Both the position numbers and the translations under genes were made by a program. A DNA stretch of 64,000 bases from Tagaea sp. (GTDB taxonomy: Bacteria > Pseudomonadota > Alphaproteobacteria > CACIAM-22H2): the NCBI GenBank assembly GCA_965279565.1, contig OZ257249.1, forward strand, positions 2,256,496 to 2,320,495, written 5' to 3'. Under the pieces are notes generated by a model. It worked only from the letters and a program-made list of their open reading frames with translations, was not told the origin of the DNA and did no database searches. Positions 36,747 through 47,378 of the stretch are shown piece by piece (position 1 is the stretch's first letter; each line of letters begins with the position of its first letter).

Positions 36747-38116
36747 GCCAGCAGCTTTCGCGCGGTCTTCGCGAAATCGCTGGCGGCTTGCTCGGCGTGC
36801 CGGTGATGGCCCTCGCGCACGACCCATTGGCCGCCGACAACCACGTCGCGCACCGGGTTCGAGTTTCCGCAGAACAGCCACGCGTCGACCAGCGTGTCGG
36901 GTGCTCGGGCGACCAGGGCAGGATGCTCGTCGTCGAGCACGACGAAGTCGGCGCGGTAGCCGGGCGTCAGGGCACCCGTCTTCCGTCCGGCCGCCTGCGC
37001 GCCGCCGGCACGCGCACGTTCGAACAGGAACGCGCCGGTGGAATCGCCTTCGGGCCGGTGCGTCACGTTGCGGCCGAGATGGATGAGGCGCTGGCCGTAG
37101 TCGAGCCAGCGCAGTTCCTCGACCGGGCTCGTCGACACGTTGGAATCCGTGCCGACGCCGAAGATGCCGCCGGCCTTCAGGAAGTCGCCGAACGGGAAAA
37201 GCCCGTCGCCCAGATTGGCTTCCGTCGCCGGGCAGATGCCGACGACGGCGCTACGCTTCGCCATCGCATCGACCTCGGCCGGCGTGACGTGCGTGGCATG
37301 GACGAGGCACCAGCGCCGGTCGACCGGCGCATTGGCCAGCAGCCAGTCGACCGGCGTCTTGCCCGACCAGACCTTGCAGTCGGCAACTTCCTTGGGCTGT
37401 TCGGCGATGTGGATGTGGATGGGCGCATCGGCATCGAGCCGGTCGAGCATCGCGAGTGCTGCCTTCAGCGCCGGCGGCGTGACCGCGCGCAGCGAATGCG
37501 GAGCGATCCCCACGCGCACCTGCGGATCGCCGCGATGGCGGCGCACGAGCCGCTCGACGAGATCAGCGTAGGAATCGTCGTCGAGCACGAAGCGCTTCTG
37601 CCCGTCGTTGGGGGCCGTCCCGCCGAAGCCGCTCGTCTGGTAGAGGACGGGCAGCAGCGTCAGGCCGATGCCCGATGCGGCCGACGCCGCGACGATCCGG
37701 TCGGAAAGCTCGGTCGGCACGTCGTAGCGCTCGCCGTCGGGATCGTTGTGCACGTAGTGGAACTCGCACACGCTGGTGAAGCCATGGCGCACGAGTTCGA
37801 CATAGAGCTGCGTGGCGACCGCCTCGACGTCGCGAGGGTGCAGGCGCCGGATGAAGCGGTACATGATGTCGCGCCAGGACCAGAAATTGTCACCCTGCGG
37901 GCCCGCGCGCTCGCCCAGTCCCGCCATCGCGCGCTGGAAAGCATGGCTGTGCAGGTCGGCGAGGCCAGGCAGGACGGGACCCGCGAGCCTCTCAGCACCG
38001 ACGGCATCCGCACCGGCAACGACCGAGACGAGATCGCCGCGCGCGTCGACCGCGAAGCGCACGTCGCGTGTCCAGCCGGTCGGCAGCAGGGCAAGGGAGG
38101 CGAAAAAATCTGGCAT
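36743..38116 (-). CDS. hutF: Formimidoylglutamate deiminase (amidohydrolase superfamily)
   Basis: 457 aa. Metal-binding HSHAFQRAM near the N-terminus; the overall amidohydrolase layout matches HutF. Confidence 0.8.
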   Translation of the reverse strand: MPDFFASLALLPTGWTRDVRFAVDARGDLVSVVAGADAVGAERLAGPVLPGLADLHSHAFQRAMAGLGERAGPQGDNFWSWRDIMYRFIRRLHPRDVEAVATQLYVELVRHGFTSVCEFHYVHNDPDGERYDVPTELSDRIVAASAASGIGLTLLPVLYQTSGFGGTAPNDGQKRFVLDDDSYADLVERLVRRHRGDPQVRVGIAPHSLRAVTPPALKAALAMLDRLDADAPIHIHIAEQPKEVADCKVWSGKTPVDWLLANAPVDRRWCLVHATHVTPAEVDAMAKRSAVVGICPATEANLGDGLFPFGDFLKAGGIFGVGTDSNVSTSPVEELRWLDYGQRLIHLGRNVTHRPEGDSTGAFLFERARAGGAQAAGRKTGALTPGYRADFVVLDDEHPALVARAPDTLVDAWLFCGNSNPVRDVVVGGQWVVREGHHRHAEQAASDFAKTARKLLA

Positions 38117-38179
38117 GGCACTGGAATCCCCGAACGAAGCGCCTATTCTTGGGGCGGACGCGGCCGGAAAGGAAGCTTC

Positions 38180-38983
38180 TTGAAACCGATCTACGAACTC
38201 GCACCGGGCACGACCCCGCTGCTGATCAGCGTGCCGCATGCCGGCACCTACGTGCCCGACGCCATCGCCGCACGCCTCACCCCCGAAGCGCTGGCGATGC
38301 CCGATACCGACTGGCACGTCGAGAAGCTCTATTCGTTCGCCGCCGAGCTGGGTGCGGGCCTGATCGTCGCCACGCATTCGCGCTATGCGGTCGATCTCAA
38401 TCGCGATCCGTCGGGCACGCCGCTCTATCCGGGGCGGGACAATACCGAACTGGTGCCGCTGGGCACGTTCGCGAGCCAGCCGGTCTACCGCAAGGGTCAG
38501 GAACCGGACAAGGCGGAGGAGGCCGAGCGCGTCGCGCGTTTCTGGCGCCCCTACCACGCGGCACTTGCCGGCGAACTCGACGCGATCGTCGCGCGCCACG
38601 GCATTGCCGTGCTGTGGGACGGACATTCGATCCCGGCCGAGGTGCCGCGTCTGTTCGAGGGACGCCTGCCCGACCTCAATCTCGGCTCCGCGGCGGGAGT
38701 TTCGGCCGATCCGGACCTGCGCGACTGTGCAAGTGCGGCCCTCGACGGGCCGGGCATGAGCCTCGTCGTCGACGGGCGGTTCAAGGGTGGCTACATCACG
38801 CGGCTCTATGGCCGGCCGGCCGCGAAGGTGCATGCGCTCCAGCTCGAGAAGGCGATGGCCGCGTACATGGACGAGGCACCACCCTACCGGTGGGACGCCG
38901 CGCGGGCCGCTCCGATGGTGGCACGCCTTCGCCGCACGATGGGTGCGGTCACAGCCTGGGCCGTTTCGCGCGCGAAGGCCTGA
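38180..38983 (+). CDS. hutG: N-formylglutamate amidohydrolase (HutG family)
   Basis: LLISVPHAGTYVP...HSRYAVDLNRD...VLWDGHSIPAE signatures. TTG start at 38180 after GGAAAGGAAG. Confidence 0.75.
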   Translation: MKPIYELAPGTTPLLISVPHAGTYVPDAIAARLTPEALAMPDTDWHVEKLYSFAAELGAGLIVATHSRYAVDLNRDPSGTPLYPGRDNTELVPLGTFASQPVYRKGQEPDKAEEAERVARFWRPYHAALAGELDAIVARHGIAVLWDGHSIPAEVPRLFEGRLPDLNLGSAAGVSADPDLRDCASAALDGPGMSLVVDGRFKGGYITRLYGRPAAKVHALQLEKAMAAYMDEAPPYRWDAARAAPMVARLRRTMGAVTAWAVSRAKA

Positions 38984-38987
38984 GGAA

Positions 38988-41360
38988 TCAGACGCGCAGC
39001 GTGCGCGTGGGCGGCAGCGTGACGGTCACGGTCGTGCCGCGGTCGACGGCACTTTCGATCGCGAGCTTTCCGCCGTGCAGCTCGACGAGCTTCCTGGAAA
39101 GCGGCAGGCCCAGCCCCGTTCCCTCGAAGCGGCGCGACAGCGCGTTGTCGACCTGCGAGAAGGGCTCGAGGGCGCGCGGGATGTCTTCCGCCTTCATTCC
39201 GATGCCGGTGTCGCGCACCGCGAAGCGCGCGCCGCCGTCCGGTGCCAGATCGACCTCGACCGTCACACGCCCGCCCGGCGGAGTGAACTTGACCGCGTTC
39301 GCCAGCAGGTTGATCAGCACCTGCTTCAGGCGGCGCGCGTCGGCGTCGATCTTCGGCAGGTCCGGGGCGACGCGCGTTTCGACGCGGACCTGGCCGGCAT
39401 GCGCGCGCGGATCGATCAGGCGCACGCTCGCCGCGGCGATCTCGCCCAGATCGACCGGCCGTTCGTCCAGTTCGGCGTTGCCCGATTCGGCCTTCGCGAT
39501 GTCGAGGATGTCGCCGATCACGTTCAGCAGGTGCGTGCCGCTGGCGTGGATGTCGCGCGCGTAGTCGGCGTAGCGCTGCTCGCCGACGGGGCCGAACATC
39601 TCGCGGAAGATGATCTCGGAAAAGCCGATCACGGCGTTGAGCGGTGTGCGCAGCTCGTGGCTCATGTGGGCGAGGAAGTCCGACTTCGAGCGGTTCGCGG
39701 TCTCCGCCGCCTCCTTGGCCTCGCGCAGCGCGTCCTCGAAGCGCCGACGCTCGGTCAGGTCGACGAACAGCGTCACCCATCCGCCGTCGCGCAGCAGCGT
39801 GCGCTGCGCGCGGATATAGCGTCCGTTGGGGCGCCAGCCCTCGCTCGTCGAGCCCTGCGTGCGGTTCACGTGGAGCCGCCGCGCGACTTCCCCCGGAATG
39901 TCGGCGCACGGTCCGAAATCGCCGCGCCGGAGCTGGAACTCGATCGATTCCGCGAACGGCGCGCCGATGCGCAGCATAGCCGGTTCGATGCCGATGATGC
40001 CGACCGCGCGTTCGTTCCACATCGCGAGGCAGGCGTCCCGGTCGTAGACGAGGATGCCTTCGTCGATGCTCTCGAACACCCGCGTCAGGATCTGCGACTG
40101 CTGCTCGATCTGCCGCTGGCGCTGGCGCAACTGCGTGACGTCGGTGCCGATCAGCGCGATGCCGCCTTCGGGCGTGCGCTGCTCGAGAATCTGGATGATC
40201 TTGCCGTTCGAGAAGTTCACGTCGATCGCGTCGCCGGGTGAATGGTGCCGCGCGATGCGCCAGCGACGCCAGTCCTCCGGCGAGACGCCTTCGGTGTCGA
40301 CGAGGCCGCGTGCGAGCAGGCCGTCGATGATGTCGGCGAACGTCGAGCCGGGGCCGAGTTCCGCGGCCTGGGCGGCGGACGCCGAGAAAGCGCGGTTGCG
40401 GAAGGTCAGCACGTCGTTCGCGTCGAAGATGGCCAGCGACGCGCCGAGCCCGTCGAGCGCCTGGTAGAGCTGGCGTTCGGCCGCGCGCGCGCGGTCTGCT
40501 GCCGCGACCTCGCTCGTCACATCGCCGGCCGTACCGCGATAGCCGCGGAAGCGTCCCTCGGAATCGAAGATGGGCCGGCCGGAGAACGACACCGTGCGCG
40601 ACTTCCGGTCGGCGCAGGTCTGGCGCAGACGGAAATCGCGGAAGGGCTTGTGGGCCTCCATCAGCGCGCGCTGGGCGGCAAGTTCGGCCTCGCCGACCGA
40701 GCAGCCCGGAAGCTCGTCCAGGCGCAATCCGATGTCGCCGGTGGCGCCGTCGGGCGCATGCGTGCCGAACGGCTTCGAGAAATAGGTGAAGCGCAGGTCG
40801 GAATCCTGTTCCCACAGCCAGTCCGATGTCGCGGCGGCGAAATCGAGGAGACGTTCCTGTGCGAGCTCCAGCTCGTGCGACTTTTCCGCCAGCTCGGATT
40901 CGCGCTGGATGACGTCGGTCACGATCCGGGCCGTACCGCGATAGCCGGTGAAGCCGCCGTACCTGTCGAAGACGGGCCGGCCGGAGATGGCGAACCACAC
41001 GCGCGTGCCCGCGGTATTGCGCCGGCTGACGACGAGATCGCGGAACGGGTGCCGCTCGGCGATGTCCGCCTTGTGGCGCGCCCAGACGAGCTCGTCGGTT
41101 CCTTCGGGGCAGGCATCCAGCCGCGTCTTGCCGAGGAATTCCTCGGGTCGGAAACCGGCGGCCGCGAAGCCGGGCGTGAAGGCGATGAAGCGGTACTGGG
41201 CGTCGCGCTCCCAGAACCAGTCGGCGTTCGCCTCGGCGAAGTCGCGCAGGTGATCGAGATTCGCCCGGAGTGCAGCGTTGCGGCGGTCGAACCACCACCA
41301 CGCGCCGCCGATACCGCAAGCGAGACCGGCCGCCAGCCACCCGAGGAATTCGAGGGACAT
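38988..41360 (-). CDS. Membrane-anchored multi-PAS sensor histidine kinase
   Basis: N-terminal TM segment, at least three PAS repeats, H-box HMSHELRTPLNAVIGFSE and HATPase_c (N, G1, G2 boxes). No REC domain. Confidence 0.85.
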   Translation of the reverse strand: MSLEFLGWLAAGLACGIGGAWWWFDRRNAALRANLDHLRDFAEANADWFWERDAQYRFIAFTPGFAAAGFRPEEFLGKTRLDACPEGTDELVWARHKADIAERHPFRDLVVSRRNTAGTRVWFAISGRPVFDRYGGFTGYRGTARIVTDVIQRESELAEKSHELELAQERLLDFAAATSDWLWEQDSDLRFTYFSKPFGTHAPDGATGDIGLRLDELPGCSVGEAELAAQRALMEAHKPFRDFRLRQTCADRKSRTVSFSGRPIFDSEGRFRGYRGTAGDVTSEVAAADRARAAERQLYQALDGLGASLAIFDANDVLTFRNRAFSASAAQAAELGPGSTFADIIDGLLARGLVDTEGVSPEDWRRWRIARHHSPGDAIDVNFSNGKIIQILEQRTPEGGIALIGTDVTQLRQRQRQIEQQSQILTRVFESIDEGILVYDRDACLAMWNERAVGIIGIEPAMLRIGAPFAESIEFQLRRGDFGPCADIPGEVARRLHVNRTQGSTSEGWRPNGRYIRAQRTLLRDGGWVTLFVDLTERRRFEDALREAKEAAETANRSKSDFLAHMSHELRTPLNAVIGFSEIIFREMFGPVGEQRYADYARDIHASGTHLLNVIGDILDIAKAESGNAELDERPVDLGEIAAASVRLIDPRAHAGQVRVETRVAPDLPKIDADARRLKQVLINLLANAVKFTPPGGRVTVEVDLAPDGGARFAVRDTGIGMKAEDIPRALEPFSQVDNALSRRFEGTGLGLPLSRKLVELHGGKLAIESAVDRGTTVTVTLPPTRTLRV

Positions 41361-41378
41361 GCGATCGGCCCCTTCGGC

Positions 41379-41888
41379 TCAGTAGCGCACGAGGCTCTCG
41401 AACGGGACCGGCAGGCGCTTGCGGCCTTCGAGGAACTCGAGCTCGATGATGCAGGCGGCGGCGCGCACGTCGGCCCCCGTCTTCTGCAACAGGGAAATGG
41501 CCGCGTTCAGCGTGCCGCCGGTGGCGAGCACGTCGTCGAGGACGACCACGCGCGTGCCGGGCTTCACGGCGTTTTCCTGGATCTCGATCGTATCCTCGCC
41601 GTATTCGAGGGCGTAGGTGTGCGGGATGGTCTTGCCGGGCAGCTTGCCGCGCTTGCGCACCATCATGAAGCCGCAGCCCATGTGAAGTGCGAGGGGTGCC
41701 GTCACGAGAAAGCCGCGGCTTTCGATGCCGGCGAGCAGGGCAGGCTTGTGCGGGGCGACCACGGCCGCGAGCCGCTCGATCGCCGCCTTCCAGGCGCCGG
41801 AATCGGCCAGCAGCGGCGAGATGTCCCGGAACAGGATGCCGGGCTTCGGGAAGTCGGTGACGTCCCGGATGTATTTCTTGAGATCCAT
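41379..41888 (-). CDS. apt: Adenine phosphoribosyltransferase
   Basis: 169 aa. PRPP-binding motif [13 protein letters not shown]. Full-length match to Apt. Confidence 0.9.
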   Translation of the reverse strand: MDLKKYIRDVTDFPKPGILFRDISPLLADSGAWKAAIERLAAVVAPHKPALLAGIESRGFLVTAPLALHMGCGFMMVRKRGKLPGKTIPHTYALEYGEDTIEIQENAVKPGTRVVVLDDVLATGGTLNAAISLLQKTGADVRAAACIIELEFLEGRKRLPVPFESLVRY

Positions 41889-41929
41889 ACGTATTCCCTG
41901 CGCGAGCGGCGACCGTTTTTGTTTAGGGG

Positions 41930-43039
41930 TCAGCCCGGGTCCCGTCCACTCGAATTTCGCGCGGTACCGGGCCGTCCGATCGCGACGGCCTTGACGATGG
42001 CGTAAACGGGCACGCCGACGGCCAGATCCAGGTCGGCGACGGCGGCGCGGGTCAGTCGCGCGCGCAGGCGGGTATTGCCTATCGCGACGGCAATTTCCGC
42101 GTAGGCGCCTGGCTCCGGTTCCAGCGCCACGACATGCCCTGGCAGGATATTGCGCGCCGAAATGCCGTCCGGGCGCTGCGTGGCCAGCAGCACGTCGCGC
42201 GCGCGGATATGGACCCGCACCGGCGTGCCGGGGGGCGCCTCGACCGCCGGAACGGCCAGCGTGCCACCGTCAAAATCGAGGCGGCTGAGCGAAAAAGCGG
42301 CATCGTGACCGGCGACGCGCGCGTCCAATGCGGTCCCCGCCTCGAAGCGGCCAGCGAGCGGATGGAGGTCGACGCGCGCCGTGATCTCGCCGACCGGGCC
42401 GCAGGCGGCGATGCGCCCGGCATCGACCAGCGCCAGCGTGTCGGCCAGCCGCACGACCTCGTCCATGACGTGGCTTACATAGACGATCGGGATATCGAGC
42501 TCGCGGCGCAGCCGGTCGAGATAGGGCAGCAGCTCGGCCTTGCGCGCGGCGTCGAGCGAGGCGAGCGGCTCGTCCATCAGCAGCAGGCGCGGCTGGGCGA
42601 GCAGGGCCCGGCCGATCGCCGCGCGCTGGCGCTCGCCGCCCGACAGGTTCGCCGGCCGCCGGCCGAGCAGCCCGCCGATGCCCAGCAGCCCGACGACCGC
42701 GTCGAACGCGATCGGCTTCGCCTGCGGCCCGGCGCGCCGCAGCCCGTAGCGCAGGTTGCCCTCGACCGTCAGGTGCGGGAACAGGCGCGCGTCCTGGAAC
42801 ACGTAGCCGATGCGCCGGCGCTCCGGCGGCACGTCGATGCCGGCCGCCCTGTCGAACAGGATGGTCCCGGCGACCGCGATGCGCCCGTCGGACGGGCGCA
42901 CGAGGCCGGCGATCGCACGCACGATCGACGTCTTGCCCGCCCCCGACCGGCCGAACAGCGCAAGTGCGCCGGCCGGTGCCGCGAGGCGCACGTCGAGGGC
43001 GAAGGTGCCCAGCTTCATCCGGAAATCGAGTTCGAGCAT
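41930..43039 (-). CDS. modC: Molybdate ABC transporter ATP-binding protein with TOBE domain
   Basis: Walker [26 protein letters not shown]-terminal Mop/TOBE domain. Abuts modB. Confidence 0.85.
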   Translation of the reverse strand: MLELDFRMKLGTFALDVRLAAPAGALALFGRSGAGKTSIVRAIAGLVRPSDGRIAVAGTILFDRAAGIDVPPERRRIGYVFQDARLFPHLTVEGNLRYGLRRAGPQAKPIAFDAVVGLLGIGGLLGRRPANLSGGERQRAAIGRALLAQPRLLLMDEPLASLDAARKAELLPYLDRLRRELDIPIVYVSHVMDEVVRLADTLALVDAGRIAACGPVGEITARVDLHPLAGRFEAGTALDARVAGHDAAFSLSRLDFDGGTLAVPAVEAPPGTPVRVHIRARDVLLATQRPDGISARNILPGHVVALEPEPGAYAEIAVAIGNTRLRARLTRAAVADLDLAVGVPVYAIVKAVAIGRPGTARNSSGRDPG

Positions 43040-43732
43040 CTAGCGGCCCAGCATGCGCTGCACGCGCCGCGCGAGAATCTCGGACAGGATCAGCCCCGCG
43101 AGCGCCAGGCCTACCGAGACGAGCGCGAGGCGGCCGGCGGCGGTGTCGCCGCCTGGTGTCTGCGTCGCCGCGTAGATCGCCAGCGGCAGGGTCTGCGTCT
43201 CGCCCGGCACGTTGGACGCGAAGGTGATGACGGCGCCGAACTCGCCGAGGCTGGCGGCGAAGGCGATCACGCCGCCCGCGAGGATGCCCGGCAGCATCAG
43301 CGGCAGCGAGACCGTGAAGAACCGGTCGAACGCACCGGCCCCCAGCGTGCGCGCCGCCTCGTCGAGGCCGGGATCGAGCGCTTCGACCGACAGGCGCACC
43401 GCGCGCACCATCAGCGGGAAGACCATCACGGCGGTGGCGAGCGCGGCTCCGCCGGCCGTGAAGACGAGGCGGATGCCGAACGTCTGGTCGAGCCAGGATC
43501 CCAGCGGCCCGCGCACGCCGAACAGCAGCAGCAGGCCGTAGCCGACGACGACCGGAGGAAGTACGAGCGGCAGATGGACGAGCCCGTCGAAGAACGCCTT
43601 GCCGGGAAAGCGGACGCGCGCGAGGCACCACGCGACGAGGATCGCCGGCGGCAGCGCGAATCCGACGGCGACCAGCGCGATGCGCAGGCTGAGGCCGATG
43701 GCGGCAAGCTCGACGTCGCTGAATGCAGGCAT
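43040..43732 (-). CDS. modB: Molybdate ABC transporter permease
   Basis: 230 aa permease with an EAA loop. Gene order modA-modB-modC. Confidence 0.85.
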   Translation of the reverse strand: MPAFSDVELAAIGLSLRIALVAVGFALPPAILVAWCLARVRFPGKAFFDGLVHLPLVLPPVVVGYGLLLLFGVRGPLGSWLDQTFGIRLVFTAGGAALATAVMVFPLMVRAVRLSVEALDPGLDEAARTLGAGAFDRFFTVSLPLMLPGILAGGVIAFAASLGEFGAVITFASNVPGETQTLPLAIYAATQTPGGDTAAGRLALVSVGLALAGLILSEILARRVQRMLGR

Positions 43733-43734
43733 GC

Positions 43735-44478
43735 CTATTCGACCGCGAAGCCGTGGCGGCGGAATATCGCCATCGCCGTCGGGGACTGCAACCCGGCGAG
43801 GAAGGCGCGCGCGGCCGGCCCGTCGCGTCCCGCGACGATCGCGAAGGGATAGCCGATCGCGGCGTGGCTTTCGGCGGGGAACTTGGCTGCGACCCAGACG
43901 CGCGGATTTCCCGCGGCATCCGTGGCGTAGACGACGCCGAAAGGCGCTTCGCCCCGCTCCACGAGTGCCAGTGCCGCGCGCACCGAGGCGGCGCGCGCCA
44001 GACGCGGCTCGACGGCGGCCCAGACACCGAGCCATTCGAAGGCGCTTCGTGCATAGCGTCCGACCGGCACATGCGCCGGGTCCCCGGTCGCCAGACGCTC
44101 GCGCCCGAGAAGAGAACCGAAATCCATGCCGCGCGAAAGCGCCACGTCGCGCGGCCGATCCGCCGGCACGACAAGAACCAGTCGGTTGGAGAGGATCGAC
44201 ACGCGGCTGCCCGGCACGAGCTTGCCGCGCACCGCGAGATAGTCGGCCCATTCCTCGTCGGCCGACGCGAAAATGTCGGCCGGCGCGCCGTTCTCGATCT
44301 GGCGCGCGAGGATCGATGAAGCCGCGAATGAAAACCTGGCGGGTAGTGGAAGTTTTGCCGAGATCTCTTCCAGAGCATCGGTCAGGGATGCCGCCGCATA
44401 GACGAGGGGCGCCTGAGCTACTGCCGGCGTCGCGATGCAGAATGCGGCGACGACAAGCGCACGGGCAAGGCGGTGCAT
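43735..44478 (-). CDS. modA: Molybdate ABC transporter substrate-binding protein
   Basis: Signal peptide, then VYAAASLTDALEEIS...ARQIENGAPADIFASAD, which is a canonical ModA sequence. Confidence 0.85.
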   Translation of the reverse strand: MHRLARALVVAAFCIATPAVAQAPLVYAAASLTDALEEISAKLPLPARFSFAASSILARQIENGAPADIFASADEEWADYLAVRGKLVPGSRVSILSNRLVLVVPADRPRDVALSRGMDFGSLLGRERLATGDPAHVPVGRYARSAFEWLGVWAAVEPRLARAASVRAALALVERGEAPFGVVYATDAAGNPRVWVAAKFPAESHAAIGYPFAIVAGRDGPAARAFLAGLQSPTAMAIFRRHGFAVE

Positions 44479-44488
44479 GGAATTCCCT

Positions 44489-44512
44489 CGTTATATCCGT
44501 CCGGACATAACG
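44489..44512. promoter_or_regulatory. ModE-type operator CGTTATAT-N8-ACATAACG, 11-34 bp upstream of modA
   Basis: The dyad matches the TCGnTATATA-N6-TATATAnCGA ModE consensus with few mismatches. Confidence 0.45.
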
Positions 44513-44546
44513 CCATGCGACCGCGGCCCTGTCAATCGCGGCGGGA

Positions 44547-44933
44547 TCAACCCGGCGCGTACTGCGCGATACCGTTGCCGAACGACCAGTCGACCGGGTC
44601 GTTCTCGGTCAGCACGATCAGCACGTCCTCGGGGCGCACACCGGCGTCGCGCGAAAGGTTGCGCACGATGGCCGCGTAGAGCGAGCGTTTCAGGTCTTCG
44701 CTGCGTCCGCGCCGGAGCCAGACCTGGACCGACAGGAACCCGCCGCTGCGTGCGATACCCAGATAGCCGGGATCGGCGATCAGTCCGCCCGGCGGGTGTT
44801 CGGCGACGATCTGGAAGCGGTCGTCGGCCGGGATCCTGATGGCTTCCACGAGGGCGGCGTGCACGCCGTCGGCGACGGCGCAGCGCGTGGCCTGCGGCAT
44901 GGCTTGGGGAACGTCGATGCGCACGAGCGGCAT
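44547..44933 (-). CDS. Tautomerase-family protein (4-oxalocrotonate tautomerase-like, PF14552)
   Basis: N-terminal MPLVRIDV (Pro1 catalytic position), 128 aa. Confidence 0.65.
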   Translation of the reverse strand: MPLVRIDVPQAMPQATRCAVADGVHAALVEAIRIPADDRFQIVAEHPPGGLIADPGYLGIARSGGFLSVQVWLRRGRSEDLKRSLYAAIVRNLSRDAGVRPEDVLIVLTENDPVDWSFGNGIAQYAPG

Positions 44934-45018
44934 GTCTCTCTCCTTGTTTAGGGCGAGAGACTGCGCGCGCGCGAACGACCTGCCAAACGAGATTACCTAT
45001 CCGCGTTGTGAGGGAAGC

Positions 45019-46407
45019 TCACGCCGGCTTGCCGGCCTTCTCGCCGATGTCCCAGTAGAGGCCGGCCATCAGCCGCAGCCCTTCGCGCGCGACTGCCGGC
45101 AGGATGTGCTCGTTGGGCGCGTGCTGCGAGCAGGACGGGTAGGAATGCGGGACCCACACGGTCGGCAGGCCCAGCACGTCGCTGAAGATGTCGTTGGGCA
45201 GCGAACCGCCGAGATTGGGCAGGACCGCGGGCTTCGCGTTCGTCGTGCGCTTCAGGCTGTCGACCGCGAAATTGACCCACGGATGCTCGGGATCGAGGCG
45301 CGTGGCATGGAAGACCTCTTCGCGCGTGGTCGACAGCTTCACCATCGGGAAGCCGTGCCGGTCGAGATGCTTGCGCAGGGCGGGCAGGATGTTCGCCGGA
45401 TCGATGCCGACGACGAAGCGCAGCTGGCAGCGCGCCCATGCCTTGGGCGGGATCGCGTTGACCGGATTGTCCGGATTGCCGGTGCGATAGGCGAGCACCT
45501 CGAACGAGCACCAGCCGAAGACGCGCTCGGACGGCGTCAGGCCGGGCTCGCCCCAGCCCGGTTCGATTTGCGGGCCGTCGGCACCGCCGTCGACCTCGCA
45601 GTCGGCGAGTGCGCGGCGCACGCTTGCGGGAAGCTCCGCCGGCACCCATTCGGGCAGCCGGATCTGGCCGGTCGGGCCCGCGATGCAGGCAAGCGCGTGG
45701 GCAAGCTGCAGGCCCGGGTTCGAGATGAGCCCGCCCCAGTTGCCGGAATGGTGGCCGCCCGGCCGCGCGTCGATCTCGAGATCGAAATTGAACGCGCCGC
45801 GCGAACCCAGGAACAGCGTGGGCCGGTCGGCGGACAGGCGTGGCCCGTCCGACGCGATCAGCACGTCGGCCTTGAACAGCTCCTTGTTGGCCTCGCACAC
45901 CTCGCGAAGGCCGGGCGAGCCGGTCTCCTCGCCCATCTCGATCAGGTACTTGGCGTTGAAGCCGAGCTTGCCGCGCGTCTTCAGAACGGCGGCGAGGGCG
46001 CCGATATTGATCGAATGCTGGCCCTTGTTGTCGGCCGTCCCGCGCCCGTACCAGCGGTCGCCGTCCTCGGACAGCGTCCAGGGCGACAGCCCCTCGCGCC
46101 ATTGCGGTTCCAGCCCGCGGATCACGTCGCCGTGGCCGTAGCCGAACACGGTCGTCGCCTTAGGGTCCTCGATGCGCTCGGCGATCAGGAACGGGCCCTT
46201 GGCGCGCGGATGGTGGAGGATGCGGCACGTGAAGCCGAGCTTCTCGAGCGTGGGCACCATCTCGCCGGTCAGGTATTGCGCAAGCTCCGGACCGCGGTCG
46301 GGATTCTGGCTCTCGGTCTTGATCGCCACGCGGCGCGCGAGATCGGCCTTGTAGCCGCCCTCGTCGAAATAGCGCTCGGCATTGGCGATGGCGGTCTCGC
46401 GGCTCAT
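45019..46407 (-). CDS. M20 family metallopeptidase (dipeptidase-like)
   Basis: M20 motifs GHGDVIRG, GRGTADNKGQ. Start [14 protein letters not shown] with GGAAGGA RBS. Last gene of the peptide ABC operon. Confidence 0.8.
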   Translation of the reverse strand: MSRETAIANAERYFDEGGYKADLARRVAIKTESQNPDRGPELAQYLTGEMVPTLEKLGFTCRILHHPRAKGPFLIAERIEDPKATTVFGYGHGDVIRGLEPQWREGLSPWTLSEDGDRWYGRGTADNKGQHSINIGALAAVLKTRGKLGFNAKYLIEMGEETGSPGLREVCEANKELFKADVLIASDGPRLSADRPTLFLGSRGAFNFDLEIDARPGGHHSGNWGGLISNPGLQLAHALACIAGPTGQIRLPEWVPAELPASVRRALADCEVDGGADGPQIEPGWGEPGLTPSERVFGWCSFEVLAYRTGNPDNPVNAIPPKAWARCQLRFVVGIDPANILPALRKHLDRHGFPMVKLSTTREEVFHATRLDPEHPWVNFAVDSLKRTTNAKPAVLPNLGGSLPNDIFSDVLGLPTVWVPHSYPSCSQHAPNEHILPAVAREGLRLMAGLYWDIGEKAGKPA

Positions 46408-47378
46408 TCGAAGTCCTTCCGGTAGATGGGCGCATAGGCGTGGCAGGCGACCTGGGCCGGCCCGTCGGCGACTGCGGCCGGCACGGTCGTCTTGCAGACC
46501 GGGCGCGCATAGAGGCAGCGCGGATTGAAGCCGCATCCGGGCGGCGGGTCCAGCGGATTGGGAAAGGCGAGGCCGAGACCGTTGTCGGGTACGCCCTTGC
46601 CCGGCTCGGGCGTGAGCACCGAGGCGAGCAGCGCCTGGCTGTAGGGATGGCGGGCACTGGCGAAGATCTCGGCCGTGGCCGCAAGCTCGACGACGCGCCC
46701 CAGATACATGACCGCGACGCGCGTGGCGATGTGCTCGACGACCGCCAGATTGTGGCTGATGAACACGTAGGTGAGGCCGAATTCCTGCCGCAGATCCATC
46801 AGCAGGTTCAGGATCTGGCTCTGCACCGACACGTCGAGCGCGGAGGTCGGCTCGTCGCACACGACGATCTCGGGCCGCATGACCAGCGCACGCGCGATCG
46901 CCACGCGTTGGCGTTGGCCGCCGGAAAGCTGGCCCGGATAGCTGTCGGCAAAGCGCGCGGGCAGGCCGACGCGCTCGAGCATGTCGATCGCGCGCTTGCG
47001 GCGATAGGCGCCGTCACCCATGTCGTGCACGGCCAGCGGCAACGCCACGATCGACGCGATGCGCTTGCGCGGATTGAGCGAGCCGTAGGGGTCCTGGAAT
47101 ACCGGCTGCACGCGCGCGGCGAGCTTGCGCCGGCCGAGTGCGGCAAGATCGACCCCGTCGAGCGCGATGCGCCCCGCACTGGGCGGCAGCAGGCCCAACA
47201 GCATGCGCGCGAGCGTGGACTTGCCGCAGCCGGATTCGCCCACGATGCCCAGCACCTCGCCCTTCTCCAGCGTCAGGTCGACGCCGTCGACGGCGTGGAG
47301 CGTGCGCGCCTTCGCGAACAGCCCGCGCGAGACCGAGAAGGTCCGCCGCACGCCGGCGATTTCCATCAGCGCGCTCAT
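46404..47378 (-). CDS. Oligopeptide/dipeptide ABC transporter ATP-binding protein (DppF/OppF-type)
   Basis: [25 protein letters not shown]-terminal oligopeptide-ABC Cys-rich tail. Confidence 0.85.
   Translation of the reverse strand: MSALMEIAGVRRTFSVSRGLFAKARTLHAVDGVDLTLEKGEVLGIVGESGCGKSTLARMLLGLLPPSAGRIALDGVDLAALGRRKLAARVQPVFQDPYGSLNPRKRIASIVALPLAVHDMGDGAYRRKRAIDMLERVGLPARFADSYPGQLSGGQRQRVAIARALVMRPEIVVCDEPTSALDVSVQSQILNLLMDLRQEFGLTYVFISHNLAVVEHIATRVAVMYLGRVVELAATAEIFASARHPYSQALLASVLTPEPGKGVPDNGLGLAFPNPLDPPPGCGFNPRCLYARPVCKTTVPAAVADGPAQVACHAYAPIYRKDFE

Noticed and set aside
44839-46425. 528-aa plus-strand ORF over the M20 peptidase gene
   Set aside because: Antisense artifact. The minus-strand M20 peptidase has diagnostic metal-binding motifs and a strong RBS.
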